From Bacteroidales bacterium (GTDB lineage: Bacteria > Bacteroidota > Bacteroidia > Bacteroidales > GCA-2748055): a stretch of 64,000 nucleotides of DNA. The notes beneath the pieces are model-generated. The model was not told the DNA's origin. It saw only the letters and a program-made list of their open reading frames with translations, and did no database searches. Below, piece by piece: positions 56,334 to 64,000 of the stretch; position 1 is the stretch's first letter; every line of letters begins with the position of its first letter. The DNA lies in NCBI GenBank assembly GCA_029210585.1, contig JARGFP010000012.1, forward strand, positions 44,512 through 108,511, given 5' to 3'. The position numbers and the translations under genes were made by a program.

Positions 56334-57590
56334 GCCAATGAAGATCGTATCTTCTGCTTTGGCGGCCAGGGTGGCAGCCTGGTAAGCCTTCCCGACGGTT
56401 GCATGAGCCGACCCAGGGAGTCCGTTCATGGCAGCATGCTCAAGCAGTGTTTCCAGGGGCATGGCGCGGGGAATGGAAGGTTGGGTGAAATAATACGCTG
56501 CGTTTCGCGGAAGATACCGGAAGATCGTTTCCACGGGCTTGTCGCCGACCATTCCCCATACAATATGCAGTTGCCTGTGGGGTACCTGTTGCAGTTGTTC
56601 CATCACCACCTGTACGCCCGAAGCGTTGTGTGCCGTGTCGCAAATGATGCGCGGATTGGCACCCAGGAGCTCCCATCTTCCCCTGATGGAGGTGTTTTTC
56701 TTTACATTCCCGAGTCCATTGCTGATCGCAGGACCCGGGATGATCCATCCCCTTTGTTGCAGTACCTTGATGGTGGTCAGCACCAGGCTCAGGTTTTCGT
56801 GCTGGTAGGTGCCGGTGAGATCGGAGGTATAGGATTCTTCCGACTGGCTTTCGATGTTCCGGAAATGAAAAATGGCTTGTTGCCCGGTGGTATATGTCTG
56901 AAAGGTGAAGGTGCGTTCCTGTGCTGCAAAGTGAATGGGACTGTTTTTTTGTGCAGCCACATTCCTGAATACATCGCAGGCTGCATCGTTGTTGCTTCCA
57001 ACGGTAACCGGCACATTGTCCTTGATGATCCCGGCTTTCTCAGCTGCAATGAGTGTTTCCGTGTTGCCCAGGAATTCTGTATGGTCCAGCGAGATGCGGG
57101 TGAGTGCGGATACTTCCGGGGTGATGATGTTCGTGGAGTCCAGCCTCCCGCCCATGCCGGTCTCAATGACCGCAATATCGACCTTTTCCCTGGCAAAATG
57201 ATCGAAGGCCATGGCCACTGTCATTTCGAAAAACGAAGGCTGGACCCTGTCGATCACCTCCCGGGAGCGTTCAACAAACCCAACCACATGGTCTTCACTG
57301 ATCATCATTCCGTTGATGCGGATCCGTTCCCGGAAATCGACCAGGTGCGGCGAAGTATACAATCCCGTCCGGTATCCGGCTTCCTGCAGCACAGATGCAA
57401 GCATATGACTTACAGAGCCTTTGCCGTTGGTGCCGGCGATGTGCACCGAGCTGAAATGCCTGTGGGGATGCCCCAGGGCCAGGTCCAGTGCATGCGTATT
57501 GTCGAGGTTGGCCTTGTAGGCGGCTTTCCCGGTACGCTGGTACATGGGCAGACTGCTGAAGAGGAATTCGATGGTTTCGGCGTAATTCAT
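56289..57590 (-). CDS. folC: bifunctional folylpolyglutamate synthase / dihydrofolate synthase
   Basis: The start is taken at ATG 57590 (MNYAETIEFLFS). The P-loop (HIAGTNGKGS) and a Mur-ligase-like core are present. The 42-codon upstream extension is rejected. Confidence 0.9.
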   Translation of the reverse strand: MNYAETIEFLFSSLPMYQRTGKAAYKANLDNTHALDLALGHPHRHFSSVHIAGTNGKGSVSHMLASVLQEAGYRTGLYTSPHLVDFRERIRINGMMISEDHVVGFVERSREVIDRVQPSFFEMTVAMAFDHFAREKVDIAVIETGMGGRLDSTNIITPEVSALTRISLDHTEFLGNTETLIAAEKAGIIKDNVPVTVGSNNDAACDVFRNVAAQKNSPIHFAAQERTFTFQTYTTGQQAIFHFRNIESQSEESYTSDLTGTYQHENLSLVLTTIKVLQQRGWIIPGPAISNGLGNVKKNTSIRGRWELLGANPRIICDTAHNASGVQVVMEQLQQVPHRQLHIVWGMVGDKPVETIFRYLPRNAAYYFTQPSIPRAMPLETLLEHAAMNGLPGSAHATVGKAYQAATLAAKAEDTIFIGGSTFVVADLLAHLG

Positions 57591-57767
57591 CGACGCGTTA
57601 TTTGGGACCCCGGATTTTGGAATGGATCCAGTGCAGGGGTGTCTCTTTTTGCATGGTTGATAACTCTGTTTAAAACTTAATTGAATGTGAATAAAACCTT
57701 CATGGGAAGGCCTCAAATGTTGTTAATTTTGAAACCAGGAAATCTTTCCACTAAGGCAGGGGCAAAT

Positions 57768-59108
57768 ATGGCAAAAACAGAAGGAAAAGTCAAGAAGACT
57801 TTCGTAATCGACACCAACGTTCTTCTTCACGATTACAAATGCATTCACAACTTCGAGGAGCACGATATTGTTATTCCCATTACAGTACTGGAAGAACTGG
57901 ACAGGTTCAAGAAGGGCAATGATATCATTAATCTGCATGCCCGGGAGTTCACGCGTGAGCTGGATAAGCTTTCGGGTGACAAGCTGTTCAACGGCGGACT
58001 CAGACTGGGACCCGGGAAGGGCAAGCTGAGCATCGCCACCGGCACCCAGCCCTCGGAAAAGCTTATCTCTTCCTTTCCGGAGAACACGCCCGACCACCGC
58101 ATACTGGCGATCACGGAACACCTGCACAGCAGCCGCAACGGGAGCCCGGTTATCCTGATCACGAAGGACATTAACCTGAGGATGAAAGCCAAGTCGCTGG
58201 GGATCATGGCGCAGGACTACCACAACGATATGGTGGAGAATATCCAGGACATTTTCGAAGGGGTGAAGATCAATGAGAATGTGAAGCCGGAAGTGATTTC
58301 CTGCCTGTATGAGCAATATGAGGGACTGCCACGCTCGAAATTCGGTATCAAAAAGGAGCCCGTGGCACACCAGTACTATATCTTCCGCAATGAATCGGTC
58401 AGCGCACTGGCACATTATGATCCTTTCAACAAGCTGATTAACCGCGTTGAAAAAGTAAAAACCTACGGGATCGAACCCAGGAATGCCGAACAGGCCTTTG
58501 CCCTCGATGCACTGTTGCGTCCCGAGGTCCAGCTGGTGGCACTCACCGGGAAAGCAGGAACAGGAAAGACCCTGCTTGCACTTGCTGCTGCCATCCACCA
58601 GCGGAAACTGTATACCCAGATCTTCCTGGCACGCCCTATTGTACCCCTTTCCAACCGCGATATCGGGTTCCTCCCCGGAGATGTGGGAGAGAAGATCGGG
58701 CCCTATATGCAGCCACTGTTCGATAACCTGTCGGTGATCAAGCAGGCATTCAAGCCGCAAAGCAAGGAATTCACAAGGATCGAGGAAATGCAGCAGACGG
58801 AGAAGCTGGTGATCACCCCCCTGGCATACATCCGTGGCAGGAGCCTCTCCAGGGTGTTTTTTATCGTGGATGAGGCACAGAACCTGACGCCCCATGAAGT
58901 GAAGACCATTATTACCCGTGCAGGTGAGGGCACCAAGCTGATCTTTACGGGCGACATCCAGCAGATTGATTCCCCGTACCTCGATACCAAATCAAACGGT
59001 CTCACCTACCTGGCCGACCGGATGAAAGGTCAGGATATTTTCGCACATGTGCACCTGGTTAAAGGCGAACGGAGCTACCTGGCCGATTTGGCAAGTAATT
59101 TACTCTGA
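57768..59108 (+). CDS. PIN domain + PhoH-like ATPase (YlaK-type)
   Basis: The start is taken at ATG 57768. The N-terminus is PIN-like (FVIDTNVLLHD). The Walker A motif (LTGKAGTGKTLLALA) and a PhoH C-terminal core follow. Confidence 0.85.
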   Translation: MAKTEGKVKKTFVIDTNVLLHDYKCIHNFEEHDIVIPITVLEELDRFKKGNDIINLHAREFTRELDKLSGDKLFNGGLRLGPGKGKLSIATGTQPSEKLISSFPENTPDHRILAITEHLHSSRNGSPVILITKDINLRMKAKSLGIMAQDYHNDMVENIQDIFEGVKINENVKPEVISCLYEQYEGLPRSKFGIKKEPVAHQYYIFRNESVSALAHYDPFNKLINRVEKVKTYGIEPRNAEQAFALDALLRPEVQLVALTGKAGTGKTLLALAAAIHQRKLYTQIFLARPIVPLSNRDIGFLPGDVGEKIGPYMQPLFDNLSVIKQAFKPQSKEFTRIEEMQQTEKLVITPLAYIRGRSLSRVFFIVDEAQNLTPHEVKTIITRAGEGTKLIFTGDIQQIDSPYLDTKSNGLTYLADRMKGQDIFAHVHLVKGERSYLADLASNLL

Positions 59109-59222
59109 TAAACAGGCTGATTTATTATCTTTGTAGCGGGCACAACGCAGTTGTTGCGTTTTGACTTCGCCGGGTTCGTCACCCCGGTGATTATGCACTT
59201 TGTTTCGCACTAAATAACTGGT

Positions 59223-59717
59223 ATGCAAAGGAAACTGTTTATCATACGTCACGGCAAATCAAGCTGGGACTCCATTGTATCAGACATCGACAGGCCGCTG
59301 ACCGAGCGTGGCGTGAAAAATTCCTATGAAATGGCTGCCCTGCTGGTCAGCCGCGGACAGGTTCCTGAACTGGTGATCAGCAGTCCTGCCAACAGGGCCC
59401 TGCACACGGCCGTTATCATGGCCAGGTCCTGGGAACTGAACGACCATCGCCTGCTTGTGAGAAAATCCTTGTACCTCCCCGGGATCGAAGATATTGCTGA
59501 GACGCTTTCAGAAGTGGATGACACCATTGCCTCTGTTGCAGTATTTGGCCACAATCCGGGGTTCACCCAGTTTGCCAACCGTTTCCTGGAGCCACAGGTC
59601 GATAATGTACCCACGGCCGGGGCGGTGGTGGTGACGATGGAGCTCGGTTCCTGGAATGATATTTCCGCGGCCCGTGTTGTAGATGCCTTTTTCGGTTATC
59701 CTAAAAAAATCAAGTAA
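59223..59717 (+). CDS. sixA: histidine phosphatase family protein (SixA-like)
   Basis: The RHG catalytic motif is present (LFIIRHGKSSWD), with a later GHNPG. Confidence 0.75.
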   Translation: MQRKLFIIRHGKSSWDSIVSDIDRPLTERGVKNSYEMAALLVSRGQVPELVISSPANRALHTAVIMARSWELNDHRLLVRKSLYLPGIEDIAETLSEVDDTIASVAVFGHNPGFTQFANRFLEPQVDNVPTAGAVVVTMELGSWNDISAARVVDAFFGYPKKIK

Positions 59718-59893
59718 TATCTGTTTTTTTTGATCATTCGTGGAAAAATTCAGGCCATTCAGATAGCGTAATTGATTTTTCACCTATTTCCAGGATACGT
59801 CGGGGGTATGCTTGCGAAATTTCATCAATATGACCCCGGGAACTGCAACCCATGACAGCTGAAATGTGTTCCTTTGTCAGGAGAACTGGTGTT

Positions 59894-60289
59894 ATGACAG
59901 AAGTAGCATGTGCCATTATTATGAGGGGGGAGGAAGTACTGATCACGCAACGCAGTGAAACCATGCCGCACCCTTTGTGCTGGGAGTTCCCCGGGGGTAA
60001 ACTGAAGCCGGGTGAGTCCCCGGAGAAATGTATTATCAGGGAGATCCGGGAAGAGTTGCATGCCACGATCAGTGTCGACAGGCTGCTGCCAACCGTGATC
60101 CACAGCTACGGTGACCAGGTGATCAAGCTGATTCCCTTCATCTGCAAACTGAAATCGGGTACACCCGAACTGCAGCAACACAAGGCATATGAATGGATCC
60201 GGAGGGGAGATGTGGACAAATTTTCGATCCTGGAAGCCGATCTGAAGATCATTGATCGCATGAATGGTACATGGAATGCGTCTTTTTAG
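59894..60289 (+). CDS. NUDIX hydrolase (MutT-like (d)NTP pyrophosphohydrolase)
   Basis: The Nudix box is present (GGKLKPGESPEKCIIREIREEL). The start is taken at the internal ATG 59894. Confidence 0.8.
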   Translation: MTEVACAIIMRGEEVLITQRSETMPHPLCWEFPGGKLKPGESPEKCIIREIREELHATISVDRLLPTVIHSYGDQVIKLIPFICKLKSGTPELQQHKAYEWIRRGDVDKFSILEADLKIIDRMNGTWNASF

Positions 60290-60384
60290 ATTTGGACTAA
60301 ATAGTGGGGAGAATCCGGCTTACAGAACGCTTAAATAGAAATATTTCTTAGCTTTAGTGCTGTTTTTAGTTTCAGAAACAGTCA

Positions 60385-61899
60385 ATGTCCGGAAAACTAT
60401 TCAAACGTATACAGCTTTGGACGCTCATCACGGGTGTGGTCCTCGGGGGTGTATTGCTGCTGGGCTTCAACAAAGTTGTTGAGGCCACTTCCTCTGATGA
60501 ATTTTGCAACAAATGTCATTTCCACCCGCATGCTACCACTACCTGGAAGCAGGGTGTGCACTACAATACTGCATCAGGGACCATAGTGCATTGCGTGGAA
60601 TGTCACCTTCCGTCCAAGGGAGAGGGGTATCTTCCAGCGAAGGTGGTAACGGGGCTGCGCGATGTTTACGGAGCTGTTTTCAAGGATTCGGCAGACTTTA
60701 ACTGGGACCTCAAATCCCGTCCCGAAAATGCGGTTCATTTTACCAGGGATGTTTCCTGCGTCCATTGTCACCAGAACCTTTATCCCCTGGAGATCACACA
60801 TGAGGGAATGGATGCGCACCTCTATTATGAGCAGCAGGAAGGAGAGGTCTCCTGTATCAAATGCCACATCGATGCAGGTCATTACCACGAGGGAATCCTG
60901 CATGCTGCCAATGTTGAGTTCGGAACGTCGGAGGAGTTGCCCGACACGCTCTACCTGCAACCTGCCATTGTGGAGACCTTTGAAGATTACACCGAACGCC
61001 TTCCGCTGTCTGCTGTATCTTTCAACATGAAAGCCATCCCTGGCGGAACCTTTACCATGGGTGCGGGCGAGGAAGATCCATTTTCCCGGCCTGATGAACG
61101 GCCGGAGCGGGAAGTGACACTGGACCCGTTTTTCATGTCGGAGATCGAGGTGACCTGGGAGGAATACCTGACCTGGTACAGCCAGACATCGGGAGAGGGA
61201 AGGACCACCGATATCGGGATGCTGGAAGGGATCGACGGACTGTCGGGAGCCACCCCTCCCTACGGGAATCCGGACCAGGGATGGGGCAAGGGGAAGCGGC
61301 CGGCCATTACCATGACCTATTATGCTGCTGAAAAATACTGCGAATGGTTGTCGCTCGTGACGGGCAAGACCTACAGGCTTCCCACGGAGGCAGAATGGGA
61401 GTATGCCGCCAGGGGAGGGACAAAAGGACCCTATTTCTTTGGAGGCGAGGTAAAAGACTATGCCGATGTGGGATTGCGGGCCAGGCTGTTCGGCGTGGAT
61501 ACCACGGTGATCAACAGTTACGCAGTGTATATACAGAATTCTGAAGGGCGGTCCCAACTGCCCGGGGCGGTCCGTCCCAATCCTTTCGGACTAAAGAATA
61601 TGCTCGGAAATGTTGCAGAATTCTGCCAGGATATATATATTGAGGACGCTTATTCCCAATATCCCGGACCGGTAGCAAATCCTGTTGTTGTTGCAGGAGG
61701 AAATGAGCACGTGATCAGGGGAGGATCTTTCCTCAGCGATGCCGCTGAACTGAGGGTATCTGCCAGGAACAAGACGAATCACGACTCCTGGCTCAGGACA
61801 GATCCACAGATCCCCAAGAGCCTCTGGTGGTACTCCGACTGCTACCATGTGGGGTTCAGGGTGGTTTGCGAATACGACGATCATTTAACTACTAAATAA
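60385..61899 (+). CDS. NapC/NirT-type tetrahaem cytochrome c fused to an FGE/SUMF1-fold domain
   Basis: There is one N-terminal TM helix (LWTLITGVVLGGVLLLGF). Four CxxCH motifs follow (CNKCH, CVECH, CVHCH, CIKCH). FGE-sulfatase-type blocks come next (IPGGTFTMG, YRLPTEAEWEYAARGG, NMLGNVAEFCQD, VIRGGSF, HVGFRVV). Confidence 0.8.
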   Translation: MSGKLFKRIQLWTLITGVVLGGVLLLGFNKVVEATSSDEFCNKCHFHPHATTTWKQGVHYNTASGTIVHCVECHLPSKGEGYLPAKVVTGLRDVYGAVFKDSADFNWDLKSRPENAVHFTRDVSCVHCHQNLYPLEITHEGMDAHLYYEQQEGEVSCIKCHIDAGHYHEGILHAANVEFGTSEELPDTLYLQPAIVETFEDYTERLPLSAVSFNMKAIPGGTFTMGAGEEDPFSRPDERPEREVTLDPFFMSEIEVTWEEYLTWYSQTSGEGRTTDIGMLEGIDGLSGATPPYGNPDQGWGKGKRPAITMTYYAAEKYCEWLSLVTGKTYRLPTEAEWEYAARGGTKGPYFFGGEVKDYADVGLRARLFGVDTTVINSYAVYIQNSEGRSQLPGAVRPNPFGLKNMLGNVAEFCQDIYIEDAYSQYPGPVANPVVVAGGNEHVIRGGSFLSDAAELRVSARNKTNHDSWLRTDPQIPKSLWWYSDCYHVGFRVVCEYDDHLTTK

Positions 61900-61904
61900 T
61901 ACCA

Positions 61905-63260
61905 ATGGATAAAAAATCAGTTTCAAGAAGAAATTTCCTGGGCACCACAGCAATTGGCGCAGCCGGGATTGTAGGTGTGGCCGGACTGGCTGCGTCATGT
62001 TCAGAAAAAAAAGTACAGGTCTCTTTTGTGCCGCCTCCCCTCAAGGCGGATGACGGCCAGCCCATCAGGGCTGGAGTGATAGGCTGCGGAGGAAGGGGTA
62101 CCGGCGCCGCTGTTGATTTTTTGAATTCAGGAAGCAACCTGGAAATTGTAGCCGCCGGCGACCTGTTTGATGACAAGATGAAACGTTTTCGTGACAGCCT
62201 GAAAAACCAGAAGGATGTTGAGCTGGCCGATGAAAAGTGTTTTGTCGGATTTGATGCATATGAAAAGGTGCTGGCCGAGGATATCAATTATGTGATCATT
62301 GCCACGCCGCCGCATTTCCGGCCCATGCAGTTCGAAGCCGCAGTAAAGGCCAGGAAGAATGTTTTCATGGAAAAACCGGTGGCAGTTGACCCGGTAGGTG
62401 CCCGCAGGATCATAGTGGCCGGGAAACAGGCCGCATCCATGGGACTCAGCGTGGTGGCAGGAACACAGCGTCGTCACCAGTGGAACTACCTGGAAATGTA
62501 TGAGCATGTGAAGGCAGGGGCCATCGGAGATTTTGTTGCAGGATATGCTTACTGGGACCAGAACAAACTCTGGCACGTGAATCCGGATCCCGCATGGTCG
62601 GAGATGGAAGCCATGGTAAGGAACTGGGTCAACTGGCTCTGGCTTTCAGGCGACCATATCGTGGAGCAGCATGTACATAATATCGATGTGATCAACTGGT
62701 TCAAAGGAAATGTGTATCCCATCCAGGCCGTTGGATACGGAAGCCGCCAACGCAGGGTAACCGGTGACCAGTACGACAATTTCTCGGTTGATTTCATTTA
62801 CGAGGACGGAACACATATGCACTCCATGTGCCGCCAGATCAATGGCACCCATGGGAATGTCTCTGAGTATATTATGGGAACGAAAGGCCGGACCAACTGT
62901 GCCAGCAAGATCTATGGTCACGACGGCACCGTGCTTTCTGAAACCACAGATAACCCCTGGCCCGATACCGATGAAGGGAAAAAAGCGCTGAATGAGAAAT
63001 ACAATTCACCTTATGTCCAGGAGCATATCCACCTGGTCAATGCCATCCGCACGGGTACGCCGGTGAATGAGGCTGAAAACGTGGCGTCTTCCACCCTGAC
63101 CGCGATCATGGGACGAATTTCTGCCTATACAGGCAAGCGGACCACGTGGGATGAGATGATGAACTCGGAGGTACATTACCAGCCCGAAGTATATGATTTC
63201 GGACCGGTAAGTGGAGTGCCAACAGATGTTCCGGTACCTGGCGAAGCTGCCGAAGCATAG
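61905..63260 (+). CDS. Gfo/Idh/MocA family oxidoreductase with twin-arginine signal (probable lipoprotein)
   Basis: A Tat-type leader is present (SRRNFLGTTAIGAAGIVGVAGLAASC). It is followed by a Rossmann motif (GVIGCGGRGTGAA) and EKP. The gene starts 5 nt after the cytochrome-FGE gene. Confidence 0.85.
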   Translation: MDKKSVSRRNFLGTTAIGAAGIVGVAGLAASCSEKKVQVSFVPPPLKADDGQPIRAGVIGCGGRGTGAAVDFLNSGSNLEIVAAGDLFDDKMKRFRDSLKNQKDVELADEKCFVGFDAYEKVLAEDINYVIIATPPHFRPMQFEAAVKARKNVFMEKPVAVDPVGARRIIVAGKQAASMGLSVVAGTQRRHQWNYLEMYEHVKAGAIGDFVAGYAYWDQNKLWHVNPDPAWSEMEAMVRNWVNWLWLSGDHIVEQHVHNIDVINWFKGNVYPIQAVGYGSRQRRVTGDQYDNFSVDFIYEDGTHMHSMCRQINGTHGNVSEYIMGTKGRTNCASKIYGHDGTVLSETTDNPWPDTDEGKKALNEKYNSPYVQEHIHLVNAIRTGTPVNEAENVASSTLTAIMGRISAYTGKRTTWDEMMNSEVHYQPEVYDFGPVSGVPTDVPVPGEAAEA

Positions 63261-63278
63261 CGAACCATTATCGCACTG

Positions 63279-63306
63279 AAAAAGCCCGGCACTGACCGGG
63301 CTTTTT
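63279..63306. terminator. bidirectional rho-independent terminator candidate
   Basis: AAAAAGCCCGG, loop CACTGA, then CCGGGCTTTTT form a perfect 11-bp stem with A/T tracts on both sides. The element lies between the convergent oxidoreductase and amidase genes. Confidence 0.7.
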
Positions 63307-63314
63307 GCTATCGG

Positions 63315-64000
63315 CTATTCTGATACAAACAGCGGTGGCCTGGCTTCATCAAAGTTGGTGGCATCCTGGTAGGCTTTTGCCAGGGCGAGGATGGTTGCTT
63401 CATCGAAAAGGTTGCCCAGGAAGGAGATGGAAGTTCTGCTTCCGCCTTCAATTTCACCATTGGGAACCACTACCACCGGGTGACCGGTCATGTTGGTGGC
63501 GGGCAATTGCGTTCCGCCGAAGCTGGGGGTGACAATTACGTCAAAATCGCTGAGCAGGTTGTTGTATTTTTCGATCAGCATGGTACGCAACCTGTTCGCC
63601 TGGATGTATTCCACGGCAGGCATGAAGCGGGCTGCCCGGAAGAGTGCCGGCCAGGCATATTCGCCCTGTCGCACCAGGAGTGTATCGCGGTTGCTGCGGG
63701 TAAGTTCATCGAAAGCAGCGGCCGCTTCGGCAAGGAGGATATTGGTCATGGCATCGACCGGCAGTTCCACCTCCAGGTCAACCGGTACGAGGTCTGCGCC
63801 CAGTTTTCTCAGTACCTCCAGGGATTGCCGGTCCTGTTTTTGAAAGGGGTAATCTTCATTAAACGCATCCTTGAAATACCCGATGCGCAGTTTGGAAAGG
63901 TCTTGCTCCCGGTATGAAAACCCGGCTTCGATGAGTGTCGGGTCGTTGGGATCTGCGCCCCTGATGGCATCAAATACAATCGCGCAATCTTCTGCGCTCC
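63315..64000 (-). CDS. amidase family protein, N-terminal part lies beyond the window
   Basis: The frame stays open upstream of the ORF-track GTG start all the way to base 64000. The translation reads ...DCAIVFDAIRGADPNDP...LRIGYFKDAF..., then the listed C-terminus. This matches amidase-signature-family C-terminal halves. Confidence 0.8.
   Translation of the reverse strand, partial: SAEDCAIVFDAIRGADPNDPTLIEAGFSYREQDLSKLRIGYFKDAFNEDYPFQKQDRQSLEVLRKLGADLVPVDLEVELPVDAMTNILLAEAAAAFDELTRSNRDTLLVRQGEYAWPALFRAARFMPAVEYIQANRLRTMLIEKYNNLLSDFDVIVTPSFGGTQLPATNMTGHPVVVVPNGEIEGGSRTSISFLGNLFDEATILALAKAYQDATNFDEARPPLFVSE

Noticed and set aside
57768-59108. The PIN-domain protein considered as a toxin of a toxin-antitoxin pair.
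   Set aside because: The PIN domain is fused to a full PhoH-like ATPase (YlaK-type architecture). No small antitoxin ORF is adjacent.
1-64000. A search for mobile elements, prophage remnants, tRNA/rRNA genes and compositional islands.
   Set aside because: I recognised no transposase, integrase, phage structural motifs, inverted terminal repeats or tRNA-like cloverleaf candidates in any intergenic gap. The AT-rich stretches are short and coincide with divergent or internal promoter regions (24180-24300, 42431-42564, 46354-46490).

Overview
This is a gene-dense chromosomal window from a Bacteroidota genome. That assignment rests on the type IX secretion/gliding genes porU, porV, a porP/sprF-family gene and gldJ, plus a fused E1 alpha/beta 2-oxoacid dehydrogenase, a short-form AMP nucleosidase and the LemA-TPM module. 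I support about 52 protein-coding genes, two of them cut by the window edges. Most are housekeeping: alaS, lysA, recR, holA, murF, folC, ispF, ppa and hutU. I found no rRNA, tRNA, CRISPR array, transposase, integrase or phage gene, and no obvious compositional island. The ORF track also contains many long ORFs antisense to clearly homologous genes, and I treat these as artefacts. The most unusual content is: (1) a two-gene operon encoding a NapC/NirT-type tetrahaem cytochrome fused to an FGE/SUMF1-fold domain, followed by a Tat-signal Gfo/Idh/MocA oxidoreductase; (2) three tandem paralogous TPR + PD40 beta-propeller envelope proteins that differ only in their C-terminal module; (3) a T9SS cargo gene whose ATG and signal-peptide start are out of frame with the body across an A6 homopolymer; (4) three tandem M23 peptidase paralogs followed by a CapA-like lipoprotein; (5) a LemA-TPM-TPM-CapA cluster preceded by a perfect 22-bp x4 tandem repeat; (6) several unrelated short intergenic tandem repeats, including a 55-bp duplication of the folC 3' end. 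All functional calls come from reading motifs by eye. No database search was run.
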